DNA from: Delftia acidovorans NBRC 14950
GTDB lineage: Bacteria; Pseudomonadota; Gammaproteobacteria; Burkholderiales; Burkholderiaceae_C
Length of the DNA stretch: 32,000 nt
Direction of reading: 5' to 3'
Assembly: GCF_001598795.1 (NCBI RefSeq)
Contig: NZ_BCZP01000015.1
Coordinates: 1 to 32,000 of the forward strand
Shown: positions 25,209-32,000 of the stretch, piece by piece
Numbering within the stretch: the stretch's first letter is position 1
How the letters are laid out: every line of letters starts with the position of its first letter
Program-made: the position numbers and the translations under genes
Notes under the pieces: model-generated
Databases searched by the model: none
Told to the model about the DNA's origin: nothing
Seen by the model: the letters and a program-made list of their open reading frames with translations, nothing else

Positions 25209-26144
25209 CTAGGGCTTTTCGGCCGGGCCAGCGCCAAGCGTCCAGGGCAGGACCGCTTCGGCCAGCCAATCCATGAGCACGCGCACGCGGCGCGGCAATT
25301 GGCGGCGCTGGGCGTAGATCAGGTGCAGCGGCATGGGCGGCGGCGGGTGGCGGGGCAGCACCTCGACCAGGTCCCCTGCGTCCAGCAGCGGCTGCACGGC
25401 CAGGCGCGGAACCTGGATCAGCCCCAGGCCGGCCTGGCAGGCCGCGAGATAGGCCTCGGCGTTGTTCACGGTGAGCGCGCCCGTCATCGGCAGGTACCGG
25501 GGCTGGCCATCCTCCTCGTACTCGAAGCCCAGCGGCCGCGCGCCCAGCGTGCGCTGGTAGTGCACCAGCCGGTGACCGCCCAGATCCTGCAGCGTGGCGG
25601 GCAGCCCGTGGGCCTGGACATAGCCGGGGCTGGCGCAGGTGGCCAGCGCCACCAGGCCCAGCGGGCGTGCCACCAGGCGGGGCTCGTCCACGGGGCCCAG
25701 GCGCAGCACGCAATCAAAGCCTTCGCGCACCAGGTCCACGCGGCGCTCGGTGCAGCTCAGTTCCAGCTCCAGTGTGGGATGGCTTTGCAGCAGTTGCGGC
25801 AGCAAGGGCATGACGACGTGGCGCGCCAGGCCGGTGGTCATGTCCAGCCGGACCTTGCCCTGCAGCGGCGCGTCGCCGGCCTGTTGGAACTGGCCCTGGA
25901 ACTCGTCCACGTCGGCCAGCAGGTCCTGGCAGCGTTCGTAGCAGGCCTGGCCGTCTTGGGTGAGCTGCACGCGCCGCGTGGTCCGGTGCAGCAGCCGCGT
26001 GCCCAGCCGCGCCTCCAGTTGCTGCACGGCCTGGGAGACGCTGGCCTTGGGCAAACCCATGCTGTCGGCCGCACGCGTGAAGCTGGCCATCTCGGCCACG
26101 CGGCTGAAGATCTGCATCTGCTCCAGAAGCTTGATTGTTTGCAT
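25209..26144 (-). CDS. LysR-family transcriptional regulator
   Basis: 311 aa from MQTIKLLEQMQIFSRVAEMASFTRAADSMGLPKASVSQAVQQLEARLGTRLLHRTTR. It is divergent from the SDR gene at 26238. Confidence 0.9.
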   Translation of the reverse strand: MQTIKLLEQMQIFSRVAEMASFTRAADSMGLPKASVSQAVQQLEARLGTRLLHRTTRRVQLTQDGQACYERCQDLLADVDEFQGQFQQAGDAPLQGKVRLDMTTGLARHVVMPLLPQLLQSHPTLELELSCTERRVDLVREGFDCVLRLGPVDEPRLVARPLGLVALATCASPGYVQAHGLPATLQDLGGHRLVHYQRTLGARPLGFEYEEDGQPRYLPMTGALTVNNAEAYLAACQAGLGLIQVPRLAVQPLLDAGDLVEVLPRHPPPPMPLHLIYAQRRQLPRRVRVLMDWLAEAVLPWTLGAGPAEKP

Positions 26145-26237
26145 GGGGTGAACAAATAAATCAGAAACAGCCAATTTATCCAAAAATAGACCTTCAATAC
26201 AGTCGCTGTCATTGCAAACCACCTAACGAGGTCCGCC

Positions 26238-27029
26238 ATGACAGCTTCTCCTTCGACCGCTTCTTCCCCTGCCGCCCGCCGCATCGTCCTCGTCACGGGC
26301 GGCAGCCGCGGCCTGGGCCGCAATACGGCCGAGCACCTGGCGCGCCAGGGCCTGGACGTGGTGCTGACCTACCGTGAGCGTGCCGACGAGGCCCAGGCCG
26401 CCGTGGCCGCCATCGAGGCGCTGGGCGGGCGGGCCGCCGCCCTGCAGCTGGACGTGGCGCGCAGCGCGGGCTTTGCGGACTTTGCGGCCCGCGTGCGCCA
26501 GGCGCTGGCCGATACCTGGCAGGCCGACCGCCTTGATGCGCTGGTGCACAACGCCGGCATCGGCATCAACGCGCCATTCGCCACCACCACCGAGGCGCAG
26601 TTCGATGAATTGGTCGCCATCCACCTGAAGGCGCCGTTCTTCCTGAGCCAGCACCTGCTGCCCCTGCTGCGCGACGGCGGCAGCATCATCCATCTGTCCA
26701 GCGGCCTCACGCGCTTCACCCAGCCGGGCTATGCGGCCTATGCATCCATGAAGGGCGGGGTGGAGGTGCTGACGCGCTACCTGGCGCGCGAGCTGGGGGC
26801 GCGCGGCATTCGCGTCAACACGGTGGCGCCGGGCGCGATTGCCACGGATTTTGGCGGTGGCCGTGTGCGCGACGATGCACAGGTCGGCGCGGCCCTGGCC
26901 AGCCAGACGGCACTGGGCCGCGTGGGCCAGCCCGACGACATCGGCCCCGTGATGGCCGCCCTGCTGCAGCCCGGCATGGGCTGGGTGCAGGGCCAGCGCA
27001 TCGAGGCGTCGGGCGGCATGTTTCTCTGA
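26238..27029 (+). CDS. SDR-family oxidoreductase
   Basis: 263 aa with VTGGSRGLG, NAG, and S...YASMK catalytic motifs. Confidence 0.9.
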   Translation: MTASPSTASSPAARRIVLVTGGSRGLGRNTAEHLARQGLDVVLTYRERADEAQAAVAAIEALGGRAAALQLDVARSAGFADFAARVRQALADTWQADRLDALVHNAGIGINAPFATTTEAQFDELVAIHLKAPFFLSQHLLPLLRDGGSIIHLSSGLTRFTQPGYAAYASMKGGVEVLTRYLARELGARGIRVNTVAPGAIATDFGGGRVRDDAQVGAALASQTALGRVGQPDDIGPVMAALLQPGMGWVQGQRIEASGGMFL

Positions 27030-27046
27030 AGGCGCCGGGAGGGCCG

Positions 27047-27328
27047 TCAGCGCAGGCGCTCGCGCGCCACCATGGACAGCAGCACGATGGCCGCTGCTGC
27101 GGCGATGTGGCCAAACCAGGCCACCAGCCCCAGCGACCAGGGCTCCACCTGCAGCGCCGCCCACAGCGACAGCGCCAGCAGCACCCAGCCGGCCGCGCGC
27201 AGGCGCCGGGTGCGGGCGGGTGGCAGTTCCTTGCCGAACAGGTCGCTCTGGTGGCGGTCCATCGCCAGGGCCAGGCAGGCGAAGGCGCCCAGGGCCAGCA
27301 GCTGACAGAACAGATGGGCCATGCTCAT
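27047..27328 (-). CDS. small membrane protein, DUF3325-like
   Basis: 93 aa, MSMAHLFCQLLALGAFACLALAMDRHQ..., with about three hydrophobic segments. Its ATG (27328-27326) overlaps the PepSY gene stop as ATGA. It is only the 3' end of the 698-aa track ORF. Confidence 0.7.
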   Translation of the reverse strand: MSMAHLFCQLLALGAFACLALAMDRHQSDLFGKELPPARTRRLRAAGWVLLALSLWAALQVEPWSLGLVAWFGHIAAAAAIVLLSMVARERLR

Positions 27329-29043
27329 GCGCTGGTCTCCGCTGCGGCGGCCGCTGCTGTGGCGGCCACTGCCGTGACGGCTGCTGCAGTGGCGGCTGCC
27401 GTAGGCGCGGGCCGGGCGGCGCGCAGCGGTTTGGCCTTGGGCTGGTGGCGCTGGGTGCGCAGGGCCAGATGGGCATGCAGTGCGGCCAGGGCCAGCAGCA
27501 TGAGGTCCATGCCGGCGAACACCCAGTCGCCCGCGCGCAGGCTGGTGATCAGGCCGCGCTCCGTGGTCAGCGCGTTGACCACGGGCAGCAGGGCCAGGGC
27601 GGCGGCGCCGGCCCACAGCAACTCGATCCAGGCCCGCTTGGCGGGCCGGCCCATCGCCCAGAACAGGGTGGCGCCCCAGGCGATGAACATGGCGTGCACC
27701 TCCCACTCGGCGCGCTGCGCCATCTCCACCGGCAGCAGGCGATTGGCCCAGAGCATGCCGGCCATGCCGATGGACAGGCCGGCGATGGTGGCGATGTTCA
27801 GCCGTTCCACGAGCCGGAAGCCGAAATGCGGCCTGTCCGGGTCGGGCAGCTTGCTGCGCCGCTTCACGTTCCACAGCACCAGTCCCGTTCCCACCATGGC
27901 CGTGCCCGCAAGGCTGACGATGAAGTACAGCCAGCGCGTGGGCAGGTCGCCGAAGCGGCCCATGTGCAGCGCATAGAGCACGCCGCGCGTCTCGGCGGCG
28001 GCGCCCACGCTGTCCTGTGCCTGCAGCAGCTGGCCGCTGACGCCGTCGAACATCATGAACTGCGGGCTGATGGAGACGCGGCCGTTCTCGCCGCGGATGG
28101 CGGTCACGCGCGCATTGGCATCGCCGGGCAGGTTGACGTTCAGGCGTTCCACCTGGCCCGCGCCCCAGCGCTGCTCGGCCTGGCGGACCATGTCGGCCAG
28201 CGGTGCCAGGGGCGCGGCCTGGCCCGAGGGCTTGCCAGCGGGAACAAAGGCACTGAGCTGCTGGCCGGCCACCACGCGCTGCTCGGGCGTCATGGTGGTG
28301 GCCAGATTGGCCCAGGGCATGTACATCAGGGCCAGGGTCACCAGGCCGGTGTACGTGATCATCAGGTGAAAGGGCAGGCCCAGCACGGACAGCGCGTTGT
28401 GCGCGTCCAGCCAGGAGCGCTGGCCCTTGCCCCAGCGGAAGGTGAAGAAGTCGGCAAAGATCTTCTTGTGCGTGATCACCCCGCTGACGATGGCCACCAG
28501 CATGAACATGGCACACAGCCCCGCCAGATAGCGGCCCCAGAGCACGGGCATGTAGTGGAACTGGAAGTGGAAGCGGTAGAAGAACTCGCCGCCGCGCGTC
28601 TCGCGCACCGGGCCTTCGAGGCGCGTGCCGGTGGCCGGGTCGAAGCGGCCGTTCTCGAAGCGGCGCCTGGCGCCCTTTTCGGTCTGCGGCGGGCTCCAGA
28701 ACACCGTGGCCACCGTGCTGCGCGCATCGGGCAGGTTGATCAGCCATTGCGGGCTTTGCGGCGCCACATGCGCCATGGCGTCGCCGATCCGCTGGGCCAC
28801 GAGCGCGGGCTCGCTCGCCTGGCTCTGGTGCGGCTGCTCGGGCTGCATCCACTGCGTGATCTCGTTCCTGAAATAGCTCACCGTGCCCGTGAGGAACATG
28901 GCGTAGAGGAACCAGCCCAGCAGCAGGCCGACCCAGGTGTGCAGGTCGGACATGGTCTGGCGGATGCCGGGCGCCTTGGCGGCTTTCGCGGGCTTGGCGG
29001 GCTTGCCTGCCGTGTTCGTGGTGTTCGTGGTGTTCGTGCTCAT
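27325..29043 (-). CDS. PepSY-associated TM-helix protein (PiuB-like iron-regulated membrane protein)
   Basis: 572 aa from MSTNTTNTTNTAGKPAKPAK... It has the family-typical MSDLHTWVGLLLGWFLYAMFLTGT, FFYRFHFQFH and YALHMGRFG segments and multiple TM helices. Confidence 0.88.
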   Translation of the reverse strand: MSTNTTNTTNTAGKPAKPAKAAKAPGIRQTMSDLHTWVGLLLGWFLYAMFLTGTVSYFRNEITQWMQPEQPHQSQASEPALVAQRIGDAMAHVAPQSPQWLINLPDARSTVATVFWSPPQTEKGARRRFENGRFDPATGTRLEGPVRETRGGEFFYRFHFQFHYMPVLWGRYLAGLCAMFMLVAIVSGVITHKKIFADFFTFRWGKGQRSWLDAHNALSVLGLPFHLMITYTGLVTLALMYMPWANLATTMTPEQRVVAGQQLSAFVPAGKPSGQAAPLAPLADMVRQAEQRWGAGQVERLNVNLPGDANARVTAIRGENGRVSISPQFMMFDGVSGQLLQAQDSVGAAAETRGVLYALHMGRFGDLPTRWLYFIVSLAGTAMVGTGLVLWNVKRRSKLPDPDRPHFGFRLVERLNIATIAGLSIGMAGMLWANRLLPVEMAQRAEWEVHAMFIAWGATLFWAMGRPAKRAWIELLWAGAAALALLPVVNALTTERGLITSLRAGDWVFAGMDLMLLALAALHAHLALRTQRHQPKAKPLRAARPAPTAAATAAAVTAVAATAAAAAAETSA

Positions 29044-29354
29044 GCGCCCAGCCCCTTGCCCCAGGTCCACCACGCGGCAGGCGCCAGCACCAGGGCGGCG
29101 ACCAGCAGCCCGGCCCAGGCGCGCCGGGCGCTGCGCACGGCAAACACCCAGATCACCGCGCCCGCATAGACGGCAAAGCTCAGCAAGGTGCCCGAGATCG
29201 CCGCCTGCGTGCGGTCTGCGGGCAGGGCCAGCACGGCCACGCTGGCCAGCGCCGCCACGGCGTAGCCGCCAAACAGCGCGGCGAGGATGCGGGAGATCAG
29301 CGGCCCGTAGTCACGGAACCAGTCATGGGTGCGGGCAAGAGTGGGAGATGGCAT
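29040..29354 (-). CDS. small membrane protein, DUF3649-like
   Basis: 104 aa with three hydrophobic segments. Its stop overlaps the PepSY start as ATGA (29043-29040). Confidence 0.7.
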   Translation of the reverse strand: MPSPTLARTHDWFRDYGPLISRILAALFGGYAVAALASVAVLALPADRTQAAISGTLLSFAVYAGAVIWVFAVRSARRAWAGLLVAALVLAPAAWWTWGKGLGA

Positions 29355-29412
29355 GGCACGGGGCCTGAAAAGGCTCGAAAAACGCTGGCCGGAGGGGGCG
29401 GCGGTGGCGCGG

Positions 29413-29441
29413 ATGTTATTTGAGAATAAGTCCCATTACAA
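29413..29441 (-). promoter_or_regulatory. candidate sigma70 promoter of the DUF3649-PepSY-DUF3325 operon with an AT-rich dyad
   Basis: Minus strand reads TTGTAA-17 nt-TAACAT. The dyad TTATT-N4-AATAA (29416-29429) overlaps the spacer and -10. This is the only AT-rich patch in the intergenic region. Confidence 0.35.
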
Positions 29442-29500
29442 GCGGTGCAGTCAAGTGCGCCGCCACATCCAGCGCTGCCGCGCGCCAAGCGCCCCGGCGC

Positions 29501-30361
29501 TCAGCCCGCGGGCTGGCGCATGCGGGCCTGCAGGTTCTCGAAGATCTGGCGTGTCACGGGGCTGATCACATGGCTGCGGATGTACAGGCGGTAGGCCAGG
29601 TCCGGCAGCGGCGGCATGCCGTCGCCCGCGCCCAGCACGCGCAGGCCCGGGTCGAGCTGCTCCACGCCGCGCGCCGTCACGCCCAGGCCGGCGCGCAGCG
29701 CCGCGCGTATGCCCACGAGGCTGGTGCAGGTGTGGCGCGGCGTCCAGGCGATTCCGGCCGCATCCAGCGCATCGCAGCCCAGGCGGCGGAAGATGCTGGG
29801 CCCGTCGGCCATGACCAGGGGAACGGGCTTGCCCGGGTCATGGGCATAGCCCGCGCCGCACAGCCACACCGTGGGTGTGGAGCGCAGGGCAAAGCCCTCG
29901 AAGCCTTCATCCTCCCGGTTGGAGATGGCCAGGTCCAGCTCGCCCTGCTTGAGCGACTCCATCAGGAACGGGCTGCGCCCCACATGGATGTCGATCTGCA
30001 TGCCCGGAAAGTTCAGCGCAATCTCCTGCAGCACGGGCGGCAGCATGTTGTCGGCCGCGTCGTGGGGTGCGCCAATGCGCACCAGGCCCTGCACCTGGCG
30101 GAGCTGCAGGTTGCGCAGCGCCTCGTCGTGGATGGCCAGCATGTGGCGCGCATAGCCCAGCAGGCGCTGGCCATGATCGGTGAGGCGTTTTTGCCGGCCC
30201 TGCTTTTCGAACAGCGCGTGGCCGATCTTCTCCTCCAGCCGCTGCATCTGCTGGGTGATGGCCGATTGCGTGCGCCCCATCTGCACGGCGGCGGCGGCAA
30301 AGCTGTCGTGGCTGGCAATGGCGGCCAGGGTGCGCAGCAGGTCCAGGTCAAGCGTCTCCAT
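29501..30361 (-). CDS. LysR-family transcriptional regulator
   Basis: 286 aa, [53 protein letters not shown]. Confidence 0.9.
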   Translation of the reverse strand: METLDLDLLRTLAAIASHDSFAAAAVQMGRTQSAITQQMQRLEEKIGHALFEKQGRQKRLTDHGQRLLGYARHMLAIHDEALRNLQLRQVQGLVRIGAPHDAADNMLPPVLQEIALNFPGMQIDIHVGRSPFLMESLKQGELDLAISNREDEGFEGFALRSTPTVWLCGAGYAHDPGKPVPLVMADGPSIFRRLGCDALDAAGIAWTPRHTCTSLVGIRAALRAGLGVTARGVEQLDPGLRVLGAGDGMPPLPDLAYRLYIRSHVISPVTRQIFENLQARMRQPAG

Positions 30362-30382
30362 ACTTCAATTTTATTGAAGTAT
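30360..30382. promoter_or_regulatory. 23-bp perfect palindrome ATACTTCAAT-TTT-ATTGAAGTAT (LysR-type T-N11-A site)
   Basis: 10-bp perfect arms around a 3-nt centre. It contains T-N11-A (TCAATTTTATTGA), abuts the LysR start codon at 30361, and lies in the divergent region toward the cupin gene. Confidence 0.6.
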
Positions 30383-30457
30383 TTATTGGGCATGCGTGGA
30401 TTGTTGCGGGCCGGGCGCCTCACTACAGTGGACTTCAACGACGACAAGGAGCCCCCT

Positions 30458-31060
30458 TTGAACACCATCACCAACACCATCACCGAACAGCGCAGCGCCG
30501 CCGTGACAGCAGCCATCGACAGCATGAAGCAGGCCATTGGCGAGGACGCGGCCACGCGCGCCAGCCTGGACGCCGTGCTCCAGCAACTGCTGGGCCTGGC
30601 CGCGCGCCGCGACTTCTGGCAGCAGGCCGACTACGCTGCGCCCGAAGAGGGCGAGCACCAGGCGCGCTACCTGATCGCCGAGGACGCCGACCAGAGCTAT
30701 GCGCTGTACCTCAACGTCATGCGCCCGGGCAAGCGCATCGTGCCGCACAACCACACGACCTGGGCCTGCATTGCCGCCGTGGAAGGCACGGAGCACAACC
30801 GCGTCTACGAGCGCACCGACGACGGCTCCGTCCCCGGCAAGGGCACGCTGCGCGAGACGGAACTTGTGGTGGTCGCACCAGGCCAGGGCATCGCCCTCAT
30901 GCCCGAGGACATCCACTCCGTGGAGATCCAGGGCGAGCAGGTCATCCGCCACCTGCACATGTACGGCCGCGCGCTGGAGACGCTCAACGAGCGCACCAGC
31001 TACGACCTGGCCACCGGCACCTGCCAGACCATGGCCATCGGCGTGCAGACGCGCCGCTGA
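30458..31060 (+). CDS. cysteine-dioxygenase-like cupin (COG5553-type metal-dependent double-stranded beta-helix protein)
   Basis: About 200 aa with cupin metal motif [16 protein letters not shown] and a second motif DIHSVE. AAGGAG lies 5 nt before TTG 30458. An in-frame ATG at 30392 has no RBS and would leave only 30 nt for the divergent promoter. Confidence 0.78.
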   Translation: MNTITNTITEQRSAAVTAAIDSMKQAIGEDAATRASLDAVLQQLLGLAARRDFWQQADYAAPEEGEHQARYLIAEDADQSYALYLNVMRPGKRIVPHNHTTWACIAAVEGTEHNRVYERTDDGSVPGKGTLRETELVVVAPGQGIALMPEDIHSVEIQGEQVIRHLHMYGRALETLNERTSYDLATGTCQTMAIGVQTRR

Positions 31061-31191
31061 GCCCAGGCCTTCCGGCCGCTACCTTCCGCTTCCTGCCTTT
31101 TCACTGTCCATGCCGCAGCGCGCCCCACGGGGCGCGCGTGGCACGGCTTTGCCCGAAATTCCTTGCCGATCTTTTTCCCGGACCGCATGCA

Positions 31192-32000
31192 ATGACCGCA
31201 TCCATTGACGCCCACACCCTCAAATCCTGGCTGCACGACGGCCAGGAGATCGCGCTGCTCGACGTGCGCGAGCACGGCCAGTACGGCGAGTCGCACCTGT
31301 TCTACGCCACGCCCCTGCCCTACAGCCGGCTGGAGCTGGATGTGCCCCGCCTGGTGCCGCGCAGGCAGGTACGCGTCGTCACCTACGACGGTGGCGAGGG
31401 CGATGCCAGCGCGGGCGTGGCCGAGCGTGCCGCGCGCCGCCTCGAAGCCCTGGGCTATACCCATGTCGCCGTGCTCGAAGGCGGTGCCAAGGCCTGGAGC
31501 GCTGCGGGCTACACGCTGTTCGCCGGCGTGAACCTGCCTTCCAAGACCTTTGGCGAACTGGCCGAACACGCCTATGGCACGCCGCGCATCACGGCACAGC
31601 AGCTGGCGGCGCGCCAGGCGGCGGGCCTGCCCCTGGTGGTGCTGGACGGCCGGCCCGTCTCCGAGTTCCACAAGATGAACATCCCCGGCGCCATCTGCTG
31701 CCCCAATGGCGAGCTGGCGCTGCGCGTGAGCCGCCTGGTGCCCGATGCGGCCACGCCCATCGTGGTCAATTGCGCGGGCCGCACGCGCTCCATCATCGGC
31801 GCGCAGACCTTGATCAACCTGGGCATTCCCAACCCCGTCTACGCGCTGGAGAACGGCACCCAGGGCTGGTACCTGGCCGACCTGCCGCTGGAGCACGGCG
31901 GCACGCACCGCTATGGCGACGACTCGGCCAGCAGCGCGCTGCAAGCCCAGGCCCGCGCCCTGGCCGAACGCTTCGACGTGCCCGAGGTCGATGCCGACAC
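31192..32000 (+). CDS. multi-domain rhodanese-like sulfurtransferase (5' part, runs off the right edge)
   Basis: I translated this frame by hand from ATG 31192 and found no stop to base 32000. It reads MTASIDAHTLKSWLHDGQEIALLDVRE...HLFYA (domain 1) and ...VVLDGRPVSEFHKMNIPGAI...VNCAGRTRSIIG (domain 2, with CxxxxxR active-site loop). It is absent from the ORF track because it is open-ended. Confidence 0.85.
   Translation, partial: MTASIDAHTLKSWLHDGQEIALLDVREHGQYGESHLFYATPLPYSRLELDVPRLVPRRQVRVVTYDGGEGDASAGVAERAARRLEALGYTHVAVLEGGAKAWSAAGYTLFAGVNLPSKTFGELAEHAYGTPRITAQQLAARQAAGLPLVVLDGRPVSEFHKMNIPGAICCPNGELALRVSRLVPDAATPIVVNCAGRTRSIIGAQTLINLGIPNPVYALENGTQGWYLADLPLEHGGTHRYGDDSASSALQAQARALAERFDVPEVDAD

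Noticed and set aside
27047-29143. 698-aa minus-strand ORF spanning the PepSY region
   Set aside because: Only its last 93 codons (27047-27328) look like a real, hydrophobic DUF3325-like protein. The rest is an Arg/Pro/Gly-rich alternative frame of the PepSY gene (27325-29043), whose own frame gives a convincing membrane-protein sequence.
1-32000. Search for CRISPR arrays, tRNA/rRNA genes, transposases, integrases, and IS-type terminal inverted repeats or target-site duplications around the two low-GC islets
   Set aside because: - No regularly spaced direct repeats were found.
- No cloverleaf-like or rRNA-like segments appear in the short intergenic regions.
- No recombinase-like ORFs were found.
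- I could find no flanking direct repeats by eye around 300-1900 or 21250-22400.

Absence by eye is not proof, and tRNAscan/ISfinder-type tools should confirm it.

Overview
The window is a very GC-rich chromosomal segment. The many Bug/TctC solute receptors and the GGAGACAA-type ribosome-binding sites suggest a Burkholderiales/Comamonadaceae-like betaproteobacterium, which is inference only. Most of it is ordinary metabolism.

(1) A complete oxidative D-glucarate/galactarate catabolic cluster spans 2003-14187. It holds gudD, kdgD, alpha-ketoglutarate-semialdehyde dehydrogenase, garD, a divergent GudD paralog, a GntR/FadR regulator and three orphan Bug/TctC binding proteins.

(2) Next come a YihY/BrkB membrane protein, a LysR regulator and a livHMGF plus binding-protein ABC importer (16544-21180).

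(3) A small toxin-antitoxin islet follows, with higBA and a solitary BrnA-like antitoxin (21310-22297).

(4) SDR, IclR, fpr, LysR and SDR genes occupy 22417-27029.

(5) A DUF3649-PepSY-DUF3325 membrane operon lies at 27047-29354.

(6) A LysR / cysteine-dioxygenase-like cupin / multi-rhodanese sulfur module runs from 29501 to the window end.

The most unusual element is a ~1.5 kb low-GC islet at the left end (about 300-1900). A 257-aa protein there joins a peptidoglycan-binding-like N-domain to a His-then-Cys permuted-papain-like C-domain. It is translationally coupled (ATGA overlap) to two paralogous ~95-aa lipoproteins. I read this as a candidate, apparently uncharacterised, periplasm-acting toxin with duplicated immunity genes. 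A compositional break sits exactly at the toxin's domain junction.

Other findings:
- A ~95-nt structured REP-like element occurs three times, always in the same orientation and a few nt after a transport-gene stop codon.
- Two copies of a GntR-type palindromic operator flank the regulator gene.
- A 23-bp perfect palindrome lies in a LysR/cupin divergent promoter.

No rRNA, tRNA, CRISPR array, transposase or integrase was seen. Many long ORFs in the track are antisense shadows typical of high-GC DNA.
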